NCBI GenBank assembly: GCA_964016885.1
Contig: OZ024742.1
Location: forward strand, 44,020,001-44,084,000
DNA from: Eledone cirrhosa
Lineage: Eukaryota
DNA length: 64,000 bases
Direction: 5' to 3'
Shown: positions 14,226 to 27,149 of the stretch, piece after piece
How the letters are laid out: every line of letters begins with the position of its first letter
How positions within the stretch are numbered: position 1 is the stretch's first letter
Notes under the pieces: model-generated
Seen by the model: the letters and a program-made list of their open reading frames with translations, nothing else
The model's database searches: none
Told to the model about the DNA's origin: nothing
Position numbers and translations under genes: made by a program

Positions 14226-14590
14226 CTTTCAAATTGAAAGTAAGTGTATATCTTTTTATGTCACTTAACCCAATTTTGAAATTATATATATATGTGTGTG
14301 TTTTTCTCTGCATTAACAGGGGGAGGGGGAGCCTTAATCTTTTAGCATTTGCATTACTCTGTATTTACTACTATATTTTCACAGTATAGGCACATAATTA
14401 TCTCACATAATATTGAATGTATGAGATTTTGTTGTCATTTATTTTGAGAACAATACATTAACATCATTATGAGCGGCCAGTTTTAACAGAAAGAGATGAG
14501 AGAATTCTGGCCAGATACAGCTAGTTTAAATGTTAAAGAGTTAAATACTTGTATTCAAAAACCTCCATCCATGTCTCTCTTTTATTTCAG

Positions 14591-14625
14591 TATTCAACAT
14601 TCATCAAGCAGCAACTACAGTAGAG
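14591..14625 (+). CDS. PTK2: Candidate FAK linker micro-exon (35 nt)
   Basis: ctctctttatttcAG|tattcaacat...agtagag|GTaatg. Phase 2 to 1 reads SIQHSSSSNYSR. Together with the 31-nt exon (31+35=66 nt) it restores the frame into the DYAEI exon. Confidence 0.65.
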
Positions 14626-14686
14626 GTAATGATCCTCTCACTCCTACGGAACGTATGCATAACTCTATTGCCTATTATTATTATTA

Positions 14687-14727
<41 letters not shown>

Positions 14728-14733
14728 TGAATT

Positions 14734-15605
14734 GGCAGTATCGGTAGAGGGTCGGATGCCATGCTTTGACGCATAGTTACGGCCCTTGCCATTCTGAGTT
14801 CAAATCTCGCAGAGGTTAACTTTGCCTTTCATCCTTACGGGGGTCGATAAAATAAAGTACCAGTAATGCACTGGGTAATTGCTGGCCTTGTGCCAAAAGT
14901 AGAAACAATTATTATTATTATTATTATCATTACATAAGGGCGGGGCAGTATCGGTAGAGCGTTGGACACCGTTTCACGGCAGAAAGTTATGCCCCTTTAT
15001 GGTCTGAGTTCAAATCCCACCGAAAGCTTTGCCTTTCATCCTTACGGGGTCGATAAAATAAAGCACCAGTAATACGCTGGGGTCGATTTAATTGAGTTTC
15101 CCCTCTCCCCAAATTGCTGGCCTTGTGCCTAAAGTAGAAATCATTATATAAGGGTGAGGCATTGGCAGAGATGTTACAATACCAAATAGAATGAGTTGTG
15201 GTACATTCTGGGGTCAAATTCTGCCAAGATGACTTTGCTTTTCATTCTTGCAGAGTTGATAAAATAAAGTATCAGTTATGTACTGGGGTCAATATAATTA
15301 GCTTTCCCCTCTGTCGAAATTGCTGGCTTTGTGCCTAAATTAGAAAACATTATTATATTATATAATAAAGGTGGTGGATTGACAGTAATCATAGAGCATT
15401 GGACATGCTTTGCAGCATATAGTTACATCCCTTTATTATCTGAGTTTAAATCCCACCAAGGTTAGCTTTGCTTTTTATCCTTGTGGGGTTGATAAAATAA
15501 AGTACCAGTCATGCACTGGGGTCGATTTGATTGACTTTCCCCTCCCCTTCTGATTGCTGGTCTTGTACCTAAACTAGAAACAATTATTATTATTATTATT
15601 ATTAT
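14734..15605 (+). mobile_element. Head-to-tail array of four copies of a 180-210 bp SINE separated by (TAT)n tails
   Basis: Each copy reads ggcagtatcggtagag...ctgagttcaaat (B-box-like)...gcctttcatcctt...gataaaataaagtaccag...gctggccttgtgcc..agaaacaattatt. Antisense copies at 32279-32452, 40410-40592 and 48623-48802. Confidence 0.85.
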
Positions 15606-15804
15606 TATAAAATATTGTATGTGTGGGTGTTGCTGCATTCCAAGCTGCTTGCAGTTGATTGATCATAAGCAAGGGTCAATAGAAACCTCGTCATATAACA
15701 AACAGTGTAGTAGTAGTTTCAATAGGAGAATAGCAATGGATATAGTATTGTAGACCCAGCCAACCCATCTCAGGGGTAAAAAAAATAATAATAATAATAA
15801 TGGA

Positions 15805-16445
15805 ATTATTGTGTACAGTGCTCAGGTGCAGTACAATACATCAAAGGTGCATGTATAGTACTTAGAATAATTCTTTCTACTTTTGGCACAAGGCCAGCAA
15901 TTACCCAGTGTATTACTGGTACTTTATTTTATCGCCCCCGCAAGGATGAAAGGCAAAGTTAACCAATAATGTACAAGGAATAGTGAACAGCATATGAATT
16001 ATTATATACACAGATACATGCGTGTGTATGGAGGGGGAATATCAGGTATAGTGTTGGCGAATTTCAGGAAGCATGGAATTTCTGAAGGATGCAGTGTCCT
16101 GACAGTTAACAACTGATGCGGGTAGTTTGTTCTATGCTTCAGCATGGGACAAATGTCTCCGAGAGTCATGGGAGCTGTAGTTTTCTGATTTTGTAAGCAA
16201 GTCCACGTGTGTTAGACATGGAATTCAAAAAGGTGCTCAGGGTTGTTGTTGGAAAGGTGGTTAATAATCTTGTTGGTGTCTACCAAGTTAGTTGCTAATT
16301 GGAGCTTTAATGTATCCATGCCCAGGAATGCAAGTCACTCAGAGTATGGTAGATGCCTAATGGAGGGTATTTGTTTGGTTGTGCATTTCAATAGTTTCCA
16401 GGAGATCAATATTCTGAGCAAGATGGGGATTACAGACTGGTGATA
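15805..16445 (-). mobile_element. CR1-like LINE 3' end, interrupted by a SINE fragment (tails also at 30330-30660 and 40605-40850)
   Basis: Minus strand NPHLAQNIDLLE...TKQIPSIRHLPYSE.LAFLGMDTLK, followed by a 3' UTR and an (ATT)n tail. Confidence 0.7.
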
Positions 16446-16897
16446 CAAATTCCAAGTGTGGACGCATGGTAGTACATTTGTGTAGAGATGGTGGAAATGT
16501 GTTGAAGATGAGAATGGTATTGATGATGACAAATTGGTGGGGCTGATGATGCTGGTGTTGATTGTTGTGGTGGTGATGGTGATGCTGCAGATAATGAAAA
16601 TTGTTGTGATGATGATGGTAGGGGTGCTAGTGATGATTGTGGTGGTGGTGCAGCTAATGAAAATGTTTGTGATGATGATGTTGATGGTGATGATTGTGTT
16701 CCATCATGAAGATGGGTACACTGTAGTTAAGGGGGTTGGTAGCGATGATGTGTGTATGTAGTGGCAGTGAAGAGGATGGTGGTAATGAGTGGTAGTGGTG
16801 ATTAAATGTGGTGACAATGGTGGTAATCTTACTATAGTAGTAATGAGTAGTGGTGATGTAGAATATTATTAACATATGTACTAATATCCACTTTCAG

Positions 16898-16954
16898 GTT
16901 TGTCAGATTACGCTGAAATTGTAGAAGAGGAAGGTGACTACAGTGTCCCAGATG
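16898..16954 (+). CDS. PTK2: FAK exon with the autophosphorylation site (Y397 equivalent)
   Basis: ctttcAG|...|GTgagt. Reads GLSDYAEIVEEEGDYSVPD, matching FAK DDYAEIIDEEDTYTMP (Y397/Y407). Phase 1-1. Confidence 0.95.
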
Positions 16955-18696
16955 GTGAGTTAAACCCTTCATTTTACAAGAAACTTCATCTAATACATAT
17001 ATGTGCATATATATATGTATATATAGTGTTGGCTAATACATATACTACATTATACAATATGATCACTTACTGTTTTTTCTTAGTGAAACAGGTAAATGTA
17101 CAACAGATAAACTTATATTTATCATGGATAAATATAAGTTATGTTATGTCATAGACCCATTCAGTCACGAATGACCTACAAAGTTCTCTTCTGAGGCATA
17201 ATCCTGGGCAAGGTGTGTTTGTGGAAGACCAGATGTTGTCCAAGGCAATGGCTGATACAGCTTGGCACCAGTAACGTTGCAACTCAGTTCTAAGGTGTAT
17301 TGCTCAAGGACACAATGCACTACTTGATCTGGGAGTCAAACTCACAATCTTACGATTGTGAATTCAATGCTCTAACCACTAAGCCACCTGCCTTCACTCA
17401 ATTATATTATCTAATTGATAAATATATAGCTCTTCTACTGTTTATAGAGCTTTCATACCACTTGTTAATTAATACATAATACATACATACACACACACAC
17501 ACATACATATATATATATATGTATACACATACATATACACATTTACATACATATTCATAAACATATATGCAAACACATACACATTCACATACTTACACAT
17601 TCATATGCATACACACACATACACACTCACACATAATAATCTCTGCCTGTATGTTGGCCACATGGTTTCTATAATTCGGTGTGTCTATATAATAACACTG
17701 TTCTCCAAATTGTGACAGCATGTATGCATATCTAATTTTCGGAAGCATCCCAAAACATGTATGTACATACCTATATATGGAATTGGTCTATTCTACATGG
17801 AAATTCTATTTCCATGCCTTGTTGCTCATTTAACATATATCTAATATTTTCAGAGCTAGCTCTTTCATTACTGTATTTCAAATAGAATACACTCTATTTC
17901 AATTAATTAAGAATTTCCAGCAATTTACTAAAATTGTTTATTATTTCATTACTAAGATAGTAACTTAATGTATGGTGCTTATATAAAATTATGTTAAAAG
18001 ATTTTAATTTAAATAAAAACCTTTTAAAATGGGTGGGTTTGTTTCATAGAATCAGAAGAGTTGGTATCAAAATCTTAATCTTAAATTATTACTAAAACTT
18101 TTAGAACATGTAATCAGCAGAATGTCAGAATGGTTTAGGCCAGCAGTTTAGGGGTGGTATTGGTGAGGGCAGTTGAATACGTGATTGACACCACTGCTTA
18201 GCTGGTACTTTATTTTACCAACCCTTTGAGGATGAAAGGCAAAATTAACCTTGGCAGGATTTGAACTGAGAACATAAAGAGCCAGAACAAATGCTGCAAA
18301 ACACTTTGTCCCAACCTACTAATCATTGTGTCAATCTACCTCTCTGAACTGCTGACAGAATTCCATGCAGTATTAAGTTCGGTATCTTTACATTCTGAGT
18401 TCATATCTGATGTGGTTTGACTTTACCTTACATCTTTCCAGGATCGATAAAATAGCTACGTTATTAATATTGAGAGGATGGGAACAGTTTATTATATTGA
18501 GGTCAGTATAGTTGACTATTCATCATCAAACCATACCTTATTTTAAGTATGGTGTGTATATATATAGATCCCAAGTGAAATCAGGAGTGACGACAGTTGA
18601 AAAGGTACTCAATACATTAGTAGTGTAAACATCAGTATTTAATATAGAAATGGCTTCTACAGGACTATAAATAACAACTCGCTATGTCACTCAGCA

Positions 18697-18741
18697 TTCC
18701 TGATGATTTCATACAAATGAAACAGTATTAGTCCTGTAGAA
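18697..18741 (+). ncRNA. Second, more decayed copy of the same hammerhead motif
   Basis: UUC-CUGAUGA-uuucauacaaau-GAAA-CAG uauuaguc CUG-UA^-GAA. Confidence 0.55.
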
Positions 18742-20187
18742 GTCATTTCTATATTACCCATTCCAGTGTGGAAAATGGATGTTAAATGATGATGATGAGG
18801 ATATATCATCATCATCGATTAACATCTATCTTCCACGCTAGAATGGTTTAGACGGGTCCCATTTAGAGGCAAGTTGTTGAGTGACCATGTCTCGCTTGTA
18901 TAGGGGTGTTTCTGGCTGGTTTTGTACGGCTGGGTACCCTTCCTAACGCCAACCACATTGACAGTGTGGGGATATATATATTTATATATTGGCTTAGGAA
19001 GGGCATCCAGCTGTAGAAACCAAGCCAAAACCAGTTCTGTATGAGCAAGACATGGTCACCTTACTTGGCATTTCTCAAAACAGGACAACTCATTTAACCC
19101 ATATTAGCATGGAAAAATGAACGTTAAATGGTGATGAGATATATATATGTCTAACCTATGCTAGCATGGAAGATAGACATTAAATGATGATGATATAATG
19201 GGATTCCTTACAGTCTCTGCCTAACAAATTCACTCTCCAAGCATTGGTCAGTCTGAGGCTATAGTATACAATGGAATTGAATGCTAAGTATCCTGTCTGA
19301 CTCTTTAACAATTCCACCAATCCACTGCTCCAGGACTGGTACTTTATTCATTGACCCTGAAAGAATGAAAGTGTAAAGTTGACTTTGGCAGGATTTGAAC
19401 TCAGAGTACATTGCCAAAACATATACCAAGGCATTTCAAATACATTTATAAATATATACACACACACACATATATATATATATATTCCATGCTTGCATGG
19501 GTTAGACAGGTCGTCCACGTTGGGAGACGAGTCTGGCCAGAATTGGCCACACCCTACCTTGCTCCAGCAAGGACTGTAAATATATATATATCCTTATTAG
19601 TTTACTATATGAAAGAAAATATGCTATTCCATAATTTGTCATGCAAATAAATAAATCCTCATCCCAACCCCAAAAAATTCTTTCATAGCACGTTTTCCTT
19701 GTTAGCATGAAAAGTTTAATTATGAATGAAAAAATTAATTAATGTCAAAACAAAAACCAATAAAATATTTTTTTCTACTAAGATATACCAATATATAATT
19801 TCCATACTGATGTATTGTATATAATTACCTGCTCGATGTGGTGATTGTTTTTTTTTTATGTATTTTAAATCTTTTGAGTCTTTTTTAGCTATCTGTATTT
19901 TGGATGTATTTAAAAGCATTTTCATCTGGAATTAATAATAAATTAATCCAGATGAAATTGAAATTATTTGAGAGGTGGGGGGACATTTAAAAAAACATTT
20001 TGAACTTAATGTGATTGATGACTTTTATAGTATTTCATTTTACTTTATTTTTTTAAATTTTATATTTTAAGGTAATCATATTTAATTAATTTTATGTTTA
20101 TCAGTATGTATATACTATATGTATATTTGTGTTTGTGTGTGTGTGTGTGTATATACACACACACACAAATACATATATACATGTATG

Positions 20188-20224
<37 letters not shown>

Positions 20225-20389
20225 CCACATATACACCTCCATATATCTGTGTAAGTTTCAAGTGTTTTCTATAAAGTAAAAAATATATATACGTGTTCAG
20301 AGCTTTATCATTGTCATGTCTTTGTGTTGAAAACCGAACTGAACCTCTTTCCACTCTGTCTTCAACTGGATTCCTACTTGATATCTCAG

Positions 20390-20431
20390 GTGAACATCTA
20401 TGCGCTTCTCGCCGGAAGAAAGATGCTAAGC
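20390..20431 (+). CDS. PTK2: Candidate alternative cassette exon (42 nt, phase 1-1) between the Y397 exon and the kinase domain
   Basis: atatctcAG|gtgaacatctatgcgcttctcgccggaagaaagatgctaagc|GTgagt. Open in the correct frame (GEHLCASRRKKDAK), in a non-repetitive, locally GC-richer island. Confidence 0.5.
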
Positions 20432-21262
20432 GTGAGTTAATCGACTAAGCATGGTTTTCGTGCTTTTTGTTCTCCAACAACTTGGAGTTCTTTAAGCACT
20501 GTCACCAAAATTGGAATTTACATTTGCCACCACACTTCTTAGTATTCAGTTTAGCATGTTTCCTTTTTTTTTTTTTTTTTTTAAGCATCTCCAATTAAAT
20601 AATAATAATAATAGAAGCTACTAATCTAGTCACAGACCAACATGCTCTTTTGAGGCTTACAATCAGATATTTGCGAAAAAAAAAAAAAAAAATACACAGA
20701 GAAAAATGATAGTTTTAAAGAATATTGCATGAATTTGGAATTGTTTGAAACCAAATATATCAGGAAAAAAAGGCAATAATAAAATTAATCCAGAAAGTTC
20801 TTGACAATAAATTGCTGTTATGAGAATGTGAAAATAGCATGTATAACTCAAAACACTTCCTACTAATATTAACTGCACATAAAATAACTCTGCACATTGT
20901 GACAAATAAAAGACATAAAGAGAGAAAAAACTATTTGATTGAGCATTTGACTAGTAGATTAAATTTTTAATTTATTTTATATAACTGTGTATCTGAACAT
21001 GTGTGTGTAGATTACTGTGGAAGTGATCAGTGTGTGTGGAGGTCAGTGTCTATGTGGATCTGTGTGTGTGGATTACTGTGGAGGTAATCAGTGTGTGTGT
21101 GCATGCACATGTGTGCAGAAGTCTTGCATCACAGCTGAGAGTAAAATTAACATGTGTCTTTGATTTATGAAGATATGACTTAGCTATGACACATTCAGAA
21201 ATCATAGAAGTCCTTAATTTTCTTTTACACAAAAGCTGCCAAACCAAAGGCAACAAGTTAAC

Positions 21263-21497
21263 TACTGTATTTGATGGCTTATAACACCCATGGACATAAG
21301 ACCATTACTGACCGCCTTTATTTCAGCAGAGAATATTAAGGAAAAATATTTGTATGATTACCGGTAAGCATATTAACGTTATTAAAACATATAGCTCAAC
21401 TTTACATATAAGAGCTGTATAATATTTATAGCCTTTTCTTTTCATGAAAAATAAAAAAAAAATAAAAAATTGGTCTTATATGCCATCAAATATGGTA
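21263..21497. mobile_element. Tigger/pogo-like MITE
   Basis: TIRs tactgtatttgatggcttataa / ttatatgccatcaaatatggta, TA-flanked. Confidence 0.65.
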
Positions 21498-23616
21498 GCA
21501 AAACAAGATTTTCTTGGAGAAATTTTATTCATTTTTAAAATTCAGTGATGTAAAAAGAAATGTGTATGTCTATCAATCAATCCACAAACAAATGGGTGAC
21601 TTTGTACCTGCTTAAGAGATATATATATATATTTCTCTTTCTTAAACAGGTACAAAGTCACCAATTCGCTTATGTGGAGAGAGAGAGAGATAGGTATAAT
21701 CCTAACCACAGCCCATAGATATATATACTGAAACCACTGCCCACACAACTCATCCATCCTGATAAAGAGTTGTTTTTTTAATCTTCCAACCTCCTCTAGT
21801 TTTAGCCCTGTAGAAGTTATTTCTATAATAAAATGACTATACCTATACTCTACTAACATATTTTACATCAGGATCCTACATATATATATATATATTAATA
21901 ACAGGAAGAAGGGAGGAGTAAATTTAGTTTGTTTCATACACAAGATCCAAGTAGATAAATTGTGTGTTGAAAAGTGTTTAATAACTATTTGGATGTATTT
22001 GTTGCCTCTTTTGTAAGGTTTGTGTGAAAAACTTAACCACATTTATATCATTTTAATGTTACACTCAGCTTACTGTACAAACATGTCTATTTTGGTTTAG
22101 TGTCAAAAACCTTAGTACAACCAACTATGATACTCCTTTACTCATTAGACTGTGGTCATGCAGGGCCACCACCATCTTGAACAGTTTTAGTTGATCGACC
22201 CCACTGTTTGTTTTTTAAGTTTGGTTCTTAATTTATTAATTCTATTTGATGGGTGGGGGCATATATGAACAGTAAACACACACAATGGGTAAAGTTTAAA
22301 AAAAAATTTTTTAACCCTTTCCAATGCTTTCAAGAAAAGAATTGTTTTTTTCTTTTTTTTTCTTTTTGTAGAGGCAGGGGAGAGTGTTAATTTTTCAGCT
22401 GTAAGATATGTTCTTACCACAAATTGCTCAACCATTATATAGGGGTAGCCCGGTTGGGACCTGTTTTGGTTTGATTAGTCGAAGTAAGCTGAACAAAATG
22501 CTTGTTTCTTGTCAGCATTTAAATGTTCCCTGTATTAGCAAACAACATATTAAGAATTGTAGTGGAGGCATGTGGCCTAGTGTTCAACTCGGTCATAAGG
22601 CAGTGGGTTGATTCTTGGTCTAGACAGCATGTTGTCTTTGAGCAAGCCATTTCATTTCATGTTGATCCAGCCCACTTAGCTGAAAAAATTAAAAAGTGAG
22701 TACCAGCAGCAGCATCTATTTCAAATCTTGTCCTTGCATGATAGGACTTGGGACTATCATTAAAGCATCTAAGAAACCTATGAGGTGCAACCTTGTAGGA
22801 GGCCAACATTTTAAAACCATTTTCCCTGCTAAAGCAGGGGTTAGCCATACAGAGCTCCATAGCAAGCTTCTTCATTTTTCCCTATCATCTGCATCCTCCT
22901 CAAGGGTCATTCATGGACACTGCTTCTCCTACTTCCAATGCTATATGTTTAATGAAAATGTAGACAAGAGAACAGGAATCCGATAAGGAAGGTGATGGCA
23001 ATGGAGTTGAGGTGAAACAATGATTGCAGGTGGTTGTGGGGATTTCCATTGTTTTTTTCCAAGTAAGACTCATGACTTACTTATCTGACAGACAGGTTCC
23101 AAAACTGCGTCATCACAATTGTGCTGTTAGTAATTGAAAGAGATAGACATACATCTATCTAGCCATAAGATATAACTATTACTACAACCACTATAAATAA
23201 AGCCAACAAAAGTATTCTATTCATTCTTGCATGGAAAAAATTGTATGAAAATTACAGTGAAAGCACAACAAAACCAAAGATGGTGTGGTATGGAGTGGGA
23301 GTGGGGGACATTAAACATGGCAGCAGTTGATTTGTTTGGCTTCATTTTTGTGAAGAAATTTTCTGCAGCAGATAACTGGATGTTGAATTGTTTCACTGAA
23401 AACTGTCTTATCTTTTATGGTGGATGCTTTTCAAAGATGTTTTTATTCCACACATCAATGCTTTAATCCAATCTTCTTGGCTGCTATTATGTCATTACAT
23501 ACTTTATTTTTTTTATTTTCAGTATGTGTGTCTAATCCACCACCTGCCCACTATTTTTTTTTTTTTGGTATTTAGTAAATATTTTGACATTCCACATTAT
23601 GTAAATTATATTTTGA

Positions 23617-23668
<52 letters not shown>

Positions 23669-24457
23669 TCATTTAACATCTGTTTTCCTTACTGACAAAG
23701 GTTGGACATGTCTATCAACATCATCATTTAGCATTTATTTTCCATGCTTGCATGGCTTAGACAGGCTGTCACATTCTGATGCTAGACAGGTTAGGTGACC
23801 ATATTCTGTTTTTGCCTTGATTTCTATGTTTGGATTTCTTCCAAATGGCAGCCACTTTGCAGCATTGACTGGGTGTTTTTTGTCATGACACCAACACTAC
23901 CACCTTACTGGATACTTGTGGCACCAGCACTGGCATTAGTAAGGGCCTCTGGCTGTAGAAACCATGCTGAAAAATGAAACATTGAGATGTGGTCCCTCAA
24001 ATTATTTAGGACAGTAAACAGCAGCTTAACTGTCTTTGTCTCTCACAAATATACAATAGTTATACACACTTTCCCTCTACTTCCTTGCCATCTTTATAGG
24101 CACAATATACTGTTATTCTTACCATCTCATTGTCTACCTCTACACTAGACATCTATGTTGTTACCTATTGTTGCTATGGTTTAGTGAAGATTCATGGCTT
24201 AGTGATTAGGGTGTTCAGTTCACAAGAGCATGAGTTCAATTCAAGCAAGATACTTTAATTCACATTGCTCCAATCCACTCAACTGGCAAATATGTGTTGT
24301 ACATGTAATTCAAAGGGCTAGCTTTGTCACACACTGTCACACTGAACCCCACTGAGAACTGTTATGGTGCACATGTCTAGAATACTCGACCACATACACG
24401 TTAAATTTGCAACCATTCTGTTGTATTGTTCCAACAACTGGTATGTGTGTGTGTACC

Positions 24458-24708
24458 TTTAACATTTTTGGTACTAAACTACCCAAAACTAGCTCTGGTT
24501 ATATAAAACAAAAACAAAATCACCCATTTTAAAAGGTTCTTATTTAAATTAAAATCTTTCAACATAAATTGATATAAAAACTTTTTGTTAATGATACAAA
24601 TACCGTCTTAATAATGAAATAGATAATTTTAGTAAATGCTCCAGAAATGACTCCTTAACTGAGTGAAATACAGTGATTTCATTAGAAATATGGTAATGAA
24701 AGGGTTAA
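24458..24708. mobile_element. TTAA-ended MITE family B (also near 11955-12168, 32487-32670, 33175-33364, 34735-35083, 60360-60575)
   Basis: Recurrent ttaac(c)cttttg.tac...ttagaaatatggtaatgaaagggttaa ends. Confidence 0.6.
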
Positions 24709-27149
24709 TGTAATTCTAAGGCAGAATCCTGCATGTTTCAGCCAATCTCAGAAGTCAGTAGCTCGACTTCAGTACTGACCAGCATGTGACGACACTAGTA
24801 GGTTAAACAGATCTCAAATGATGATGATGAATCAGCATGACAATATATTACAAGGCTAGACTTATGAATTACAGGTACAACATATTTGATGGGCTTCCAC
24901 ACAATTTTTTTAAACATTTAGAAATTACACAGGAGATGATTAACTCCTATGCCCTGTACTCTGTAGCTCACAAAAAGATTAACTTTTATTGAAATATTTT
25001 TTTTTATTATTTCTAAATATTTTCAATCTTCACGCCCTTTTGAAATAATTGTTAGTCCTAAAACTGTAAATAGTGTTAATATAAAGAAGGGAGTGCTCAT
25101 GTTAATATAAAGAAGGGAGTGCCAAGTACTGGCTTAATGGTTTAAAGCACCTAGCCAGTATCTTGGAGATATGAGTTTCAATTCCTCATATCTGCCGATG
25201 CCAACTTCTTTTTCCATCTTTAAGGGTCTACACCCTATTTTATAGCATCTCCGCACATGAGCACTCCATTCTTTATATTAACTTTATTGCCCCAACACTT
25301 CGTAAAAGTCCGAGCTTTGTATACACAATGTTTGTTGCCTAAATAGTATACTGATGTTGAAAAAGGTTCTTATTAAGGTTTTCTCATTGTTGCTGTGAAA
25401 GGGGGAGGTTTTGTGATGTAAAAACATACCAATCACTACTAACACACTTGCATCAATAGCTTAATTAGTCAGTAGTGTTTAGTTCAGATATAGATTATGT
25501 ATTTTGATCTTGATTGGTTGATTCATTTATTGATCTGGTGCATGTTGATTATTCAAATATTCTTTTTTATTATAATAATAGTTATAATATTGGCACAAGG
25601 TCAGCAATTTGTTGAGAGGGGAAAGTAATTATACTTATCTCGGTATGTTACTGGTACTTTATTTTATCAACCACATAAGGATTAAAAGCAAAGCTAACCG
25701 CAATAGGATTTGAATTCAAAACGTAGAGAGCTGTAACTCTATGCCATGAAACATTGTATCTGATACTCAATTAATCCTGCTAATCTACCACACTGGCACA
25801 AGGCCAGCAATCTGGAAGTGGGGAAAGTCAATTATAGTAACCCTAGCTTTACTGGTACTTTATTTTATCTACCTTGAAAGGATGAAAGGCAGAATTGGTC
25901 CTGGTGAGATTCAAACTGAGAACGTAAAGAGCCAGAACAAATGTAAAGCATTTCGTCTGACACTCCACCAATGATAATGCCAATCCATGGTTTCTAACTT
26001 GAGATACAAGGTCAACAAATGGAAAAAGGGGAAAGTAATGATTTAGTAGAATGTCTTGTGAAGGTGCCTGGCTTATTAATTAGAGTATTGGATTCACAAA
26101 TGTGAGGGTGATGCACTTTATCCTTGGGCAAGACACTTTATTTCATGTTGCTCTTTCTGCCTGGAGTTGCGACCAATAGATAGTATCAACAATAGAAACA
26201 TTATTACCTTGGTCTGATTTGACAAGTTGCACCCCATTCAGTAAGCGAATGACATTTGGGATCTTGTCAATCGATTCCTAGAAGTAGAATGTCTTACAAA
26301 TAGGTTTGTTAACTCAAATGTTTATACTATCTTTACTAGTAGAGGAATTGTGAAAATTTGAGTATTAGAGGGAAGACTTTTTAATGTGATGCAATCATAG
26401 TACTGCTTTTTATTTTTCAAGAATACTTTGTGGTTTTGTGAGGCATTTACATTACTCTATATTTACTATTGTATTTTTGTGGTAAAGGCTTTATCACACA
26501 TAATTATCTCACATAATATCGAATCTATGAGATTTGATATTATTTATTTGAGAACGATACTTTAACATCACTATGAGTGGCCAGTTTGAACAGAAAGACA
26601 ATTCTGGCCAGATACAACCGGTTTAAATGCTAAAGGGTTAAGAGTTAAACTATTTCTATTGTATTTTTGCCAATCAGAGCATCACTGTTTTCTTTGGATA
26701 CTACTGTTTTGTTATTTATTATGTGAACAGTGATTGTAAGTTTAACACAATTACAGCAGTTACTATTGCTATAATTGTAATTACGTATTTCTATTTATTC
26801 ATCAGCTTTTCACAATTGTTTTAAATGCATATTATATAAACTATTATGTAGACTATTATATATATTATATATATATTTTTTTAAGAACAAGTTTTTCTAT
26901 ATTCAAGTGGTCAATATTGAATGAAGTTACATATTTGTACATTTAAATTGTGTGTGTTTGTGTGATTAAATAGTGTATGTATTCATGTGATTAAAATTGT
27001 ATTTGTCTGTGTTTGAACAGTTTTGATGTGTGTATATGGTTCATGTATTTTGATTGTAAACTTTTATTTGAACTGTCTTTTTATTTATAGCAATTGTGCG
27101 TGTGTCCAAGAGTGTGTGCATGAGTGTTATTGATGTGTATAGGCATTAC

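Noticed and set aside
16534-16761. Hydrophobic V/M-rich ORF resembling a membrane protein
   Set aside because: Degenerate (GAT/GGT)n trinucleotide repeat.
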